From assembly GCA_951406725.2 (NCBI GenBank), contig OX597839.1:36766001-36830000 (forward strand): 64,000 nucleotides of DNA. The letters run 5' to 3'. The stretch is from Octopus vulgaris (lineage: Eukaryota). Position numbers and translations under genes: made by a program. This document shows positions 51,901-62,509 of the stretch, piece after piece. Positions within the stretch are counted from its first letter, which is position 1. The number at the start of each line of letters is the position of its first letter. The notes under the pieces are model-generated. The model ran no database searches. It had not been told where the DNA came from and saw only the letters and a program-made list of their open reading frames with translations.

Positions 51901-54900
51901 GGTGCTTGTGTAATTTAGCTTGGCTTCTGTGGCATGATGCTCTTCATATAGCCAACCACTTTACAGAGTATATAGGGTGCATTTTATCATGATACCAACA
52001 CTTATACTCAGCCCAGCCAAGCATACTGAGTAAAGACTGTTTGCTACAGTATAGTGGTATTTTGATGCTACGGCTGAAGCTAATAAAACTGTCTCATTGA
52101 ATCAAGGAAATCTGCTGTAGTCACCAGGCACAAGGTTCTCATTTAAAGTGTTTCACTTTTTTTTCTTTCTTAATCAATAATGATACTTTTTTGTACTTAG
52201 TATTTAATAAAAGAGTTACTGGTAGATTCTTTTGTATTAAATAATTGTGATAAAATATTAAAAATAATGTTGTTTTTTTTCCCAACCACTGGTGAGGCAT
52301 ACATTTTTGTGGAAAGTTATAGTGGGGCCTGGGGAAAAATAGGTTGTGAAACACTGGTATAAAGCTTTTGATGATTCATTTGTTACACTCAACACACAGC
52401 ATGCAGTCACCCCACCTACACTCAACGCACAGCATGCAGTCACCCCACCTACACTCAACGCACAGCATGCAGTCACTCCAGTTATATTACATTTAGCATT
52501 TCGCCACATCAGCTACACTCAACACACATTACACAGTCATCCCAGTTACACTGTTCACACATCATCCTACACTCCAGGACATTTAAAACTATTGTTATGT
52601 ATAAAACTATTATTATTATTATTATAACTATACATTACTTAATGTGTTTATTATTTCTCAGAATCCTGAATAATTACTTAATATGGCGGGTTGTACGCAC
52701 GTTAACAAATTATCTTTCTACACCATTCCGTGATGCCAGGGATATTCTCACTAAAAGTGTGTCAGGTAAGGACTATGGCAGCCACTATATGGTGGTGGTC
52801 ATGTATTTATTTGAAAATATTACACATGCTGTGTTTTGTTGTTGTTCAGCCCTAAAACAGTCCTCCAACAGATCTATAACTAATGATATTCCAATTATAC
52901 TTGTCTTGTATTCAGACTTAGTGAATCTTGGATTACAGGTGATAAAAATGAAAATAACTAATTAAATACCTACTTAACTGACTACTGAACACTACACAAA
53001 TTTTGAATCACTGAATGACCTTTCTAGTTTATTCATTGCAGATGAACCCTAACTAACATAAATCCAAACGAGGTTAAATACATTTTTAAATATATTTTCA
53101 TGTTTTGTTATGATAATTATTATCATTAAGGTGGCGAGTTGGCAACATCATTAGCACCCCAGGTAAAATGCTTAGCGGCATTTTGTTCTTACTCACATTC
53201 CGAGTTCAAATTCCACTGAGGTCAACTTTGCCTGTCGTCCTTTTGGGGTCAATAAAATAAGTACCAGTTGAGTACTATGGTCAATGTAATCAACTTACCC
53301 ACTCCCCTAAAATTGATGGCCTTGTCCCAAACTTTGAAATCCTTATTATTTGCCTATTCATTTTGCTTCATCAATTGTATAAAGTTTGTTTTGATGGGAA
53401 ACTAAAACTTATTAGTTAATTAATCTAAGTAAGCATTAATTAGTGTTGTAGTAGAAGGATTGTCAGAATCAGTAGAACAGTAGACAACATATATGGCAGT
53501 GTTTAGTTAAATTCCTTTATGTTTTCAGTTCAGTTCCCACCTGAGTTAAACTTTCATCCTTCCAGGCTTAGTAAAATAAGGACCAGTCAAGTCATATATT
53601 AGTGCCTGATACTGAGAGACCCCCATGTTTTAGAGGAAATATGAATCAGTGAGAGTGCCATGCTGTGACAAAAATACCTCTCCCAAGAATATTAGCAGTA
53701 ATGGTCAGTAGCAAGAGAGGAAGAGGCCGACCAAGAACCCGCTGGCTTGACACCATCAAGAGTGATACCGGAATGGACATAGCCAATCTGAAAGAAGCGG
53801 CCCAGGATAGAACTGACTGGAGGACACTGATCCATCGAGTAACCGAGAGTCGACTTCGACTGAGCGGATAGATAGATAGATAGATTTGTGGAACTAACAT
53901 GGCCACAGTTCTATCTTGACAGAATCGGTCAGATATTTGATCAATACCAATATATAACTGGTGCAGCTGAAATTAAAAATTTAAGTACCATATTTGATGG
54001 CATATATGGAACACCCCCCCCCCCCATCATTCACCCCAGGTCTTATATGTGAACTTTGTCCTATATTATATGCTTTATAGCACTGAAAACTTTGTACTTT
54101 GAACATGCACTGCTGAAACTGAGCGTGTCTAATGTGGCTGTGTGTCTTTTATGCTATTAAATATAGTAAAAACTTGAAACATCATATTTGCTGTTGCTAC
54201 CCTGATTCTACTGCCCTCTTCCAATGTAACATAGCTGCAAGGCCTCTCGGATTAGAGGAAGGATGAAAGGCAAAGTAAGTTCACCTTAGCAGGATTCCAA
54301 GTCAGAATGTAAAAGAGCTGTAATAAAATATTTGTTCAAACACTTTTGTTCAAAGCTGTAATGATTCTGCCAAGACGGTAATGCTCTTTCAGCATAAATT
54401 TTAACAACTGATGTTGAGTATATGTGTTATGTGCATGTGTGTATTAAATGTATCATTGTTCCATGCAGGTACAAAAGGAAATATTGATATGTGGCAGTAT
54501 TGTGTTATGGATACTGATTCAGTACTAGGTTATGCCTTAGGTGCAATGTTTGTACAAGAGACTTTCAAAGGAGACAGTAAAGAAAAGGTAAGTTGTCATT
54601 TCCTATACTCTTACAGTTTTAAATTACTTCTGTTCTTAAATATATTGTATATACAGACAAGGTGATTATATCTGTTTAAACTTATAGCAATGACTAAAAT
54701 ATTTATACAAATACTCTGTAGTGCAGTATATACTACCCCTTCATTCCCTAGCCCCTTCTTGCTCTTGTTGCCTTATTTACCCATCTTGACTTTTCCTCTG
54801 TCAATAATCTCTATTTCCTATTCACTACTTTAGTTGCATTATCTTGAGTGACTGTACATGTCTTAAGGTAGTCAGTACTCTGTACATTTACTGTACAAAG

Positions 54901-56200
54901 CAATCCTCTCATGCTGGCACCACAATTAAAGACATCCAATATTACTCTATAAAGTTATATGGGAATGAGTGGAGAAGGCAGAGGAATCAAGAGGACCCTT
55001 ACGCCTTGTTTTGCCAAGGACATTACAATATCTAAAGTGCTGGTGCTGTCATAAAATGCATCCAGTACATTCTGTTAAGTGTTTGGTGATAGGAAGGGAA
55101 TCCAGCTGTAGAAACTAAACCAAAAATGAAACTTACAAGCTACACTTGATCTCGAATCAGTATTGAGAGCAGTGGACCCCAGTAGAGACTCAGAACATGA
55201 TGACCATTCTAGCATGGCAAGTGAATATAAAATAATTATATATTTCTGTAATATAGTATATAATATACTTACAGTTTGCCTTTCTGCAGCAAGACCAACT
55301 ATGTTTGAATAAGAGACAAAGTGGTCACAAGTGGAATGTCTTAGGTTTGACAGATCAAGACTTACCTTGGGTTAAACAACAAACTGAAAGTAAAAAGACA
55401 AAGTAGACACACGCTGAGAGATATTTAGTGAGTGGCAGTGTAAATGTAGAGTGTTTCAGTTGTATTACAACATAGATTCATTTCCTTTCATTGTGTTCAA
55501 ATCTCACTTAACTTTCTAATTTTCATACTAGGTTGATAAAATATATACCAGTAATTATTGTGGGTTCTCATTCAAGTTGATATACACTTCTGCAAATTAT
55601 AATTGTGAGATTCCATAAATGTTGAAATGTTTCTTAAAAATGTGTGTGTGTGTGTTCTTTTATTTGTTTAAGTCATTTGACTGCAGCCATGCTGGAGCAA
55701 CGCCTTTAGTCAAACAAATTGACCCCAGGATTTATTCTTTGTAAGCCTAGTACTTATTTTATCGGTCTCATTTGCCGAACCACTAAGTTACAGGGACATA
55801 AACACCAACATCGGTTGTCAAGCGGGGGGACACACAACCCTACACACACACACACACATATGATGGGCTTCTTTCAGTTTCTGTCTACCAAATCCACTCA
55901 CAAGGCCTTGGTTGGCCCAAGGCTATAGTAGAAGACACTTGCTCAAGGTGCCACACAGTGGGACTGAACCTTTATTTTATATTGCTCCAGTTCACTCAGC
56001 TGTTGAATTGAGTTGCGACATCACTGGTACTAAGCTGTATTTGCCTTTCCCTTAGATAACATCAGTGTCGTGAAGACAGGAGGCTGGTATGCATGGGTGG
56101 CTGCTGGTCTTCCATAAACAACCTGCCCCAACTTGTGCCTTGGAGGACAACTTTCTAGGTGCAATCGCATGGTCATTCATAACCGAAGGAGGTTTTTACA

Positions 56201-56235
<35 letters not shown>

Positions 56236-56419
56236 TTTTTCAATATCTACTTTAATATAAGCTGTGTGCGTATGTGTGTGTATATATATATAGGTATGTA
56301 TACACATACACAACATCTGCTATAATACAATCTGTGTCTGTAAACAGAAAATATCTGTTGCAATACAATTTGTGAATGCATGTGTGTATATGTATAGATA
56401 CATTCAGTTTGCTGAAATG

Positions 56420-56454
<35 letters not shown>

Positions 56455-59400
56455 ATCTGTTGTAATCTAACTTACCTGTTGTAATGTAAATTTTTCACTT
56501 TCATTAAAACTTTTGACATTTTTTCTGTTCTTATGAAGGAAAGGTTAATAGATTCTTGAAATACTTGATATTGCAGCCTAAACTGTTTGATAGAGGTTTT
56601 ACAGTTGAATGGTTCCTCCTAAACCATTCAAACAGGATATAGTAGGGAGGCTGACTGTAGTAGCAGTGGTGGTGTATTGATTGAAAGGTTAATATCAATT
56701 AGGGGGTGGAGGTGCCAGTGACCTTTACAGGCTTTCATTGACCTACAGACATTCTGATGATGTCTGTAGGTCAATGTCTGCAGGAAAAAACCTGGGTAAT
56801 AAGGAAATTCCAGAGGGATCAAGAAGAAGGTTCGGTGAAGTGTTTTGTATGGGGCAGTAAGACTGAGCACATGTAACTAGCTGGTGCAAAGGAGGCATAG
56901 ATTATCTGTATGCCCGAGGTTTTACAAGCTGAGAGAGTAATATAAGATATGATTAGATGTTGTGACAGTTTGTAGTTTTGTGTAGAGAGGATGTGACACA
57001 AGAAGGGGTCAAGTTGTATATAGCGAGCTTGTGGTGTAAGATTCTTGTATATGTGCAGTGATTCAGTCTTTGTTCATGTAAACCCATAATATAGGGATTG
57101 CCTAAGTGAGATAACAATTTATAATATAAGTAGGTCCAGTGAAAATTACAGTTACTGGTGTGAAGAGAGGAGAAAGACTTCATTAAAGTTATTATTGTTG
57201 GGTATAATCAGAGACATTCCAGCTGAAACTGCCTTATAGTTTTTTTTTTTTTACAGGGATACTGAATTTAGGACTACAAAATTCAGTATGTCTTTTAGGT
57301 AGGAGTGTGTTAGGAGAGGAATTTGGCTGCTATTCTAATAGTTTGACTAATCATGCAGGAATATAGCCCCACACAGCCTCATGAGTTCAAAGAGTGGCTG
57401 AATATCAATAAATAAATGAGAGTTAAGCAGAAAGACGGAGGTGAATACCCCTCAATTGACATATAAGAGAGTAAGGGAGAAAGCTATGAATAGTCTCCTA
57501 GTGATATGATGTGTTATTATGAATGATATAATGATATCCTAAGTTGACAATGGTAATAGTTAGGTGACCAAGCAGTTGTAGTTAGATCACATCTGAGTAT
57601 ATTCAATGAACCATGGATGATATCATAAAGTTGTTCAATTAATGTTAAAACACTCAACTTGAGTCACATTGACAACAGTAGCAATGCAAGACTACCTACA
57701 TAGTTGCTTTCTTGCTCTGCTAGAAATAGCAGCCAAATCTCCCTCTTAAGAATAAAAGAAGGAAACATTGAACAATGCAATCCTAAAAGCAGTCTGAATA
57801 AGAACCAGGATGTAGGTCTTCTAGATCAGGACTAACCTTGACCTACAAAAGAAAAATCCAAGTAAACAAAAGTCTGAATCTAAATTTAGAAACAAAAGTA
57901 TATATTTTAATGTAAACTATCATTTTATAATAATAAATTTGTCTACTATAGGCACAAGGCTCAAAATTTGTACAGTTAGTTGTTACCTTCAACTCCAGTA
58001 CTTTACTGATTCTCTGTTTTATTGACCTTGAAAGGATGAAAGGCAAAATTGACCCCAGTGGGATTTGAACTCAGAATATAAAGAGTTGGAAGACATGCCA
58101 CTAAGCATTTTGTCCAATATGTTAGCAATTCTACCAGCTCATCATCACCTTTGGCTCAAAGCCAGCAACTTTGAAGGAGAGGGTGAGTAGTTGATATCAT
58201 CGACCCCAGTTGTTGACTGGTACTTTATTTTATTGACCTTAGAGGGATGAAAAAAACAAAGTTGACCTCAGCAAGATTTGAACTGTGTGTTCAAGTCCTT
58301 TTTATTCTGAGTTTAAATCCCACTAATTTTTGCCTTTCATCATTCCAAGGTTGACAAAAAGTACTGGTCAGATATTGAGGTCAGTCATATCGACTATGCC
58401 CATCACCGCAAAATTGTTGCTCTGGTGTCTAAATCAGACATGTAATAATAATAATTCTTTCTAATTATAGTGCAAAGCTGGCAATTTTGAGGGGAGGGGA
58501 AGTCAATAACATCAACCCTAGTGCTTAACTGGAACTTATTTTATTGAACTCAGAACATAAAGAGCCAGAAGAAAAGCTGCAGAACATTTTTTCTGACATG
58601 ATTATGATTCAGTGCCAACTCAACACCTAAACAATAATAATTCTTTCTTCTATAGGCACAAAGCCTGAAATTTTGCAGGAGGAGACTACTTGATTATATA
58701 TCATCCCAATATATGACTCCAAAAAGATGAAAAATAAAGTCAACCTCAACAGCATTTGAACTCAGAACATAAAGACTAAAGAAATGCTGCTCAGAATTTT
58801 GTCCAGTGCACTAATGATTCTGTCAGCTCACTGCCTAATCAAACCAATAATAATAATAATGATAATAATAGGTTTCATGGAGAAAAGATTTTGAGTGTTA
58901 GCCAAAGGTTGTTTGGAAGTATTGACTATGGGAGAAGAGGGTGAACAATCTTTATAATTTCACTCTCAAAGATTTCTTGAATAACATCAATTTGACTCAT
59001 TGAATTTCCTCCACTTACCCCATCCCTACTCCCTTCTCATTCTAGCAATTAGTATAAATGCCAGGCTGGGAGTGGGGAGAGATTGTTAGTGATTATAAAA
59101 GTTTGAAGAGTGAGTGGTTTCTAAAGAGAGTGATTCATATGACTGAAGATCAATCTAGAAAATTAAACTGGAGAATTTAAAAAATAAAATCAAAACCTAT
59201 TTCAAAGAAAGGAATTCTTGATTAGAAAGTAAAAAATATCAAAATGTTACGTTTTTGTTTAATTTTTTTTTTTTAATGTCAGAACTGAAAAAACAAAAAA
59301 AATGACATCTTCAAATTATAATTTTTATGTTTTATATTTTAGAATCTAGACATATTCATAACCAGAGGTTTAGATTATAGATGGGCTGTGTGCAATGTTG

Positions 59401-62400
59401 TGATGTTCATGACTTTCTCAAAAAATATTAGTAATGGAGCTGAAAGGAATTGGTCATGATCATTAATCAATAACAAATCACAGACTTTGTATGCTGGAAC
59501 CTTACCTCTTCTGTCAGTATAAATATTAACTCAAAAGTACCCTAAACATTATTTAGCTCCAGGTCAACCCTGATCTAGTAGACCTATGGTCAAAGATATA
59601 CCAGCCATGATATCCTATTCTTTATTCATGATTTTTTTTATGTCTAAGAGGGATGTAGGAGAGAGGACAAGAGAGATGATATGGTTAGTGTATTTCATAC
59701 ATCTCTCCCGTGTGTGTAGTATTAACATCTATGACTATTACTATTGTTGATCCTCACTCCATATGAAAACCTTTTTCAATGAAATGGTTAATAATTAAAT
59801 GCCCAAGGTAATAAGTTGTTGTTAATTATATTCCATATTTATCTTTAATTATTAAATATTTATATCTACAATATGTTCTCAAATAGGATTTGAACTAGGA
59901 ATTTCTATTTCTAAACTGATGATAATAAATATTGTTAGCCACTAAGGCTATTATAGACACCTGTACAAATAAATATTGTGGTATATTATTTAATTTTGCT
60001 TTAATGCTTGTGAAATTTCCATTCTTCTTTCTAGGCTGAATCAATGGTGGATGACATTAAAAAAGCTTTTGAACAGAATCTTCCATATTTGTCATGGATG
60101 GATGAAGAGACAAGGAAAGCAGCAATTGATAAGGTAACATGTCCCCATTTGTTAAAGTTGTGTGACTGTGCCATATCTAGGAGGGTACACATGTGATTGT
60201 TGTTTTAGTGAAAGGAGGGACAATGTTACAAGCTTCCTACTGGATTGATAGGGTTGAGGGTCAGTTTAAAAATTTCTAGGTCATCTACAAGGAAAAATTT
60301 GAACAAAGAGAAATTTCAGAGAGTTGCAGTTGTGGGAGAAAATACCGAGAAAATTGAGACACATCAAATGACAGGAGGAGGAGAGATGCATGGGTTGAGT
60401 GGGTTTAATGTGACTTTACAACAACACAGCATTAGTTGTCTACCCAAATATTGTTGTCAACCATTTTTTAAGTTGTCTCCCTGCAAAACTCCAGCACAGG
60501 CTATCTTTGCTGACCTTTTCAACCACCAGGACACACAGTCTGAGGTGGTAGAACCTTTTATCATTGTATGTTTAAACAGATTTAGCCTGAGGACAGGGAG
60601 GGTTAGTCAGTGGCTATAGATAAGCCTTATAGGTCCTTCCACGCTGGTGAGGTCAATACAGTTTGAACTTCTGCAAGATAATCTTTGTTTAGAAGAAACA
60701 AACATTAAAAGTTTGACTAATCTAGACAGTGTTTCATTCCTTAAGCTGATCTCTCTCTTTCTTTCTGTCTCTCCTTGGTATGTATGTTAGACCCATGGAG
60801 AAAAAAAAAGACACCTTTCTCACTTTGCTACTCACAGTTCTCACCTCTAACAGGTATAAATGATTATGTATACACCTTATTACTTCACAATTGTTGTCTA
60901 GTCATCAAATATTTTGGTGAAAGCAATGTCATGTTTAGCTGTAGGTCAGTCTTGACTCTGCTGACAGATGTTCAAAAGTGTTCCAGCTATGACCATGTCA
61001 AACAACAAAACATCCAACCAAACAAAGTTATCATGCCAATTGTTAAATACACTGACTGTAATGTGATATAAACAATCGGCTGAAATCAAAGAATGACAAC
61101 AACGACAACAAAAACAGTTGTGTTGAATAAGACGGACAAATATATCCTAAAATATAGTTGAATAAAATATTCACCTGATGGTGGATATTTTTACATGACG
61201 AGGTGAAGTTAAGAGAGATAGCTACCATGATACAGTTCTGGAATGCACAGTGTATAGAGCTAACGAGAAAGTTTGATACTGTATATGTCCCAAACCGACA
61301 TGGACAGTTTTTTTTAAGGTCTGATTCCTGCATCTCATTTGTTTTTCCATGCTGACATGGGTTTAGGAGTTTTCTAAAGCAGTGTTTTATATCCAGATAC
61401 CCCCCTTGTTAGTCACTACTTTCAACAATGATAGTGTACACCTATTCTTAAACTTGTTGCTGTTAATAGGACATCATCAGAGTTTTCCAACCATGGCCAC
61501 TCTATCATTTTTTTAAAACATTAAATCATCCTTTAATTAAAATGGCTGTGTTGTAAGAAGTTTGCTTCCCAACCACATGGTTTCAGGTTCAGTCCCCCTG
61601 TGTGGCACCTTGGGCAAATGTCTTACACTATAGCCTTGGGCTGACCAAAGCCTTGTGGGTGAATTTGGAAATATGGACACTGAAAGTAGCTTATTGTGTA
61701 TTTTTGTGCCTTTGTTTGATACCACCCATCACTTAAGAACTGGTGTTGGTGTGTTTATGTCCCTGTAACATAGCAGTTTAGCAAAAAGACACTGATAAAA
61801 TAAGTATCAGGCTTAAAAAAAAGTTCTTGGGTTTATTCATTCAATTAAAAATTCTTCAAGGCAGTGCTCTAGCATGGCCACAATCTAATGACTGAATTTA
61901 AAAGAATATGGATATGAGGGATATTTGGTTTCTATTGTTAGTAAAACAAGCAACCACATATACTACTCCTTTAGCTTGATAAGTACCAATAATATACTAG
62001 CATTGAACCAATCAACCAAATCCCCTCCCTATCACAACTTCTAGCAAAAAACTGATGCTTTTTGTGAGAAGTTGTGACAGGGAAACGGACAAATTGACAC
62101 TGTCCATTTCTCTATTTTTAGGCTAATGCTATCGTTGATCAGATTGGTTTTCCTCCAAACATCTTAAATGACACCAAACTGGACAAGATTTATGAAAGGG
62201 TTAGTATATAACCTTTCTTTCACTGCTTCTTCGTATCGGTTTTGAATGCTTTCACTTGTTTAAACCCATCTCTGTTCTTTTTATTTTCAAACTGTAGCTG
62301 GAAATTAATGCATCAGAATATTTCTGGAACAACGTACGAGACAACAAATTTACCTTGATAACTATGATGGAAAAGTTAAGGCAACCACCCAAGAATACCT

Positions 62401-62509
62401 GGGCAATGACACCACCAACTGTTAATGCCTATTACACTACATCAAAGAATGAAATTTTCTTTCCTGCAGGAATTCTACGAGCTCCATTTTATGATAAAAG
62501 CTTCCCCAA
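29849..62509 (+). CDS. ECE1: Endothelin-converting enzyme-like M13 (neprilysin family) type II membrane metallopeptidase; 12 coding exons in window, 3'-incomplete. join(29849..30095,35242..35445,42298..42584,43346..43414,44964..45080,46183..46269,51446..51594,52662..52765,54469..54587,60035..60133,62122..62199,62298..62509)
   Basis: All exons are bounded by AG/GT with compatible phases (1,1,0,0,0,0,2,1,0,0,0,2) and join without a stop. The protein has a cytoplasmic YKRT+acidic tail, one TM helix, CLTPAC...[20 protein letters not shown]...[31 protein letters not shown] and [10 protein letters not shown], collinear with human ECE-1 as I recall it. The symbol means ECE1/ECE2 co-orthologue. Confidence 0.95.
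31157..31605 (+). mobile_element. SINE family A, full length
   Basis: Near-identical to 19754-20131 and 38466-38860. Confidence 0.88.
34497..34735 (-). mobile_element. SINE family A, internally deleted copy
   Basis: Head (to CGGGTTCAGTC) joined directly to the 3' half (CTTGACAACCGATGCTGG...). Confidence 0.8.
35242..35445 (+). CDS. ECE1: ECE-like coding exon 2 ([12 protein letters not shown]...[21 protein letters not shown]...KHVI)
   Basis: taatag| acceptor; G|gtaag donor; M13 N-terminal cysteine cluster. Confidence 0.96.
36015..36210. repeat. Degenerate ~75-80 bp tandem repeat x ~3
   Basis: Repeated GATGGCT.TT...TAGCCCCA...CCCACTG..AACTAGAC.CTCCCAC. Confidence 0.6.
36245..37650 (-). mobile_element. 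Decayed hAT (Charlie/Buster, SCAND3/ZBED8-like) transposon, 3' two-thirds
   Basis: [55 protein letters not shown]...KTKARNKL...QVHPSH; terminal TGGTTCCCAAACTTTTT. Confidence 0.88.
38420..39140 (+). rRNA. rrnS: Mitochondrial 12S rRNA 3' fragment (NUMT, non-functional; split by SINE at 38466-38860)
   Basis: TTTGATAATCCAC before the SINE, AGTTTATATATTGCTGT after it, then GCCCGTCACTCT and TAAGTCGTAACA near the 3' end. Confidence 0.85.
38466..38860 (+). mobile_element. SINE family A, full length, inserted into NUMT 12S
   Basis: Family A consensus; 12S-like sequence on both sides. Confidence 0.88.
39147..39215 (+). tRNA. trnV: Mitochondrial-type tRNA-Val(TAC) within NUMT
   Basis: Acceptor stem CAAAAAT/ATTTTTG; anticodon arm TCTCA-CTTACGT-TGAGA with TAC at 39179-39181; located between 12S and 16S. 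Confidence 0.9.
39216..40300 (+). rRNA. rrnL: Mitochondrial 16S rRNA 5' fragment (NUMT, non-functional; split by SINE at 39508-39651)
   Basis: GTACCTTTTGCATAATGG, AAGGAATTTGGCAA, CGCCTGTTTATCAAAAACAT, AAGGTAGCATAATAATTTG, AAAGACCCGATTGAGCTT. Confidence 0.92.
39508..39651 (-). mobile_element. 5'-truncated SINE family A inserted into NUMT 16S, with TAGCTA target-site duplication
   Basis: TAGCTA at 39502-39507 and 39652-39657; tail GAGTAAAAGAGTAAAAGAG on the minus strand. Confidence 0.9.
40594..41950 (+). repeat. Tandem array of 4 diverged ~340-bp units
   Basis: Units start CCAT..GACAACA.CAATA.CTAG.TGAAAATAATATATTTAAA at about 40594, 40928, 41265 and 41609 and end TTTACCCACAAGA. Confidence 0.92.
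42298..42584 (+). CDS. ECE1: ECE-like coding exon 3 ([23 protein letters not shown]...[12 protein letters not shown])
   Basis: tttccag| acceptor; |gtgcgt donor; KAxxYYxSCM motif. Confidence 0.95.
43346..43414 (+). CDS. ECE1: ECE-like coding exon 4 ([23 protein letters not shown])
   Basis: tttttcag| acceptor; |gtaagt donor; DQxGL...YYL motif. Confidence 0.93.
44964..45080 (+). CDS. ECE1: ECE-like coding exon 5 ([18 protein letters not shown]...[10 protein letters not shown])
   Basis: Pyrimidine tract + tag acceptor; |gtaagt donor; LLGG and FETxLAN-like motifs. Confidence 0.93.
46183..46269 (+). CDS. ECE1: ECE-like coding exon 6 ([29 protein letters not shown])
   Basis: ttttgtag| acceptor; |gtaagt donor; matches ECE-1 ITIPQEKRRDEE...ELQTLAP. 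Confidence 0.93.
51446..51594 (+). CDS. ECE1: ECE-like coding exon 7 ([11 protein letters not shown]...[11 protein letters not shown]...TNSK)
   Basis: aatag| acceptor; AG|gtaggc donor; INW...E.VVV motif. Confidence 0.92.
52385..52480 (+). repeat. 33-bp minisatellite x ~3 (ACACTCAACGCACAGCATGCAGTCACCCCACCT)
   Basis: Directly visible near-perfect tandem copies. Confidence 0.9.
52662..52765 (+). CDS. ECE1: ECE-like coding exon 8 ([25 protein letters not shown]...SVS)
   Basis: ttctcag| acceptor; G|gtaagg donor; LNNYxxW motif. Confidence 0.94.
53128..53350 (+). mobile_element. SINE family B single copy
   Basis: AAGGTGGCGAGTTGGCA...GAGTTCAAATTCC...GGGGTCAATAAAATAAGTACC...ATTATT. Confidence 0.8.
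53695..53884 (+). mobile_element. Short, young RTE-type LINE 3' terminal fragment with (TAGA)n tail
   Basis: [16 protein letters not shown]...[24 protein letters not shown] followed directly by ATAGATAGATAGA; CpGs retained. Confidence 0.85.
54469..54587 (+). CDS. ECE1: ECE-like coding exon 9 ([39 protein letters not shown])
   Basis: atgcag| acceptor; |gtaagt donor; WxxC...GxALGxMFV motif. Confidence 0.94.
55657..55970 (-). mobile_element. SINE family A (older copies also at ~3060-3370, 11718-11870, 14785-14935, 46350-46725, 61542-61905)
   Basis: Reverse complement of family A consensus. Confidence 0.8.
57940..58870 (-). mobile_element. Cluster of decayed SINE family B copies (mostly minus, one plus)
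   Basis: Repeated AGGCACAAGGC...GGATGAAAGGCAAA...ATTTGAACTCAGAA...ATTCTGTCAGCTC. Confidence 0.75.
60035..60133 (+). CDS. ECE1: ECE-like coding exon 10 ([33 protein letters not shown])
   Basis: ttctag| acceptor; |gtaaca donor; WMDEETR motif. Confidence 0.95.
62122..62199 (+). CDS. ECE1: ECE-like coding exon 11 ([26 protein letters not shown])
   Basis: tttttag| acceptor; |gttagt donor; IGFP motif. Confidence 0.93.
62298..62509 (+). CDS. ECE1: ECE-like coding exon 12 ([11 protein letters not shown]...[36 protein letters not shown])
   Basis: ctgtag| acceptor after a 98-nt intron; AA|gtaagg donor; VNAYY substrate-binding motif (ECE type; neprilysin has NAFY). Confidence 0.96.

Noticed and set aside
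56628-57183. Overlapping minus-strand ORFs (also 60245-60660 and 63000-63900)
   Set aside because: Possibly very old retroelement debris, but no motif I can assign with confidence.
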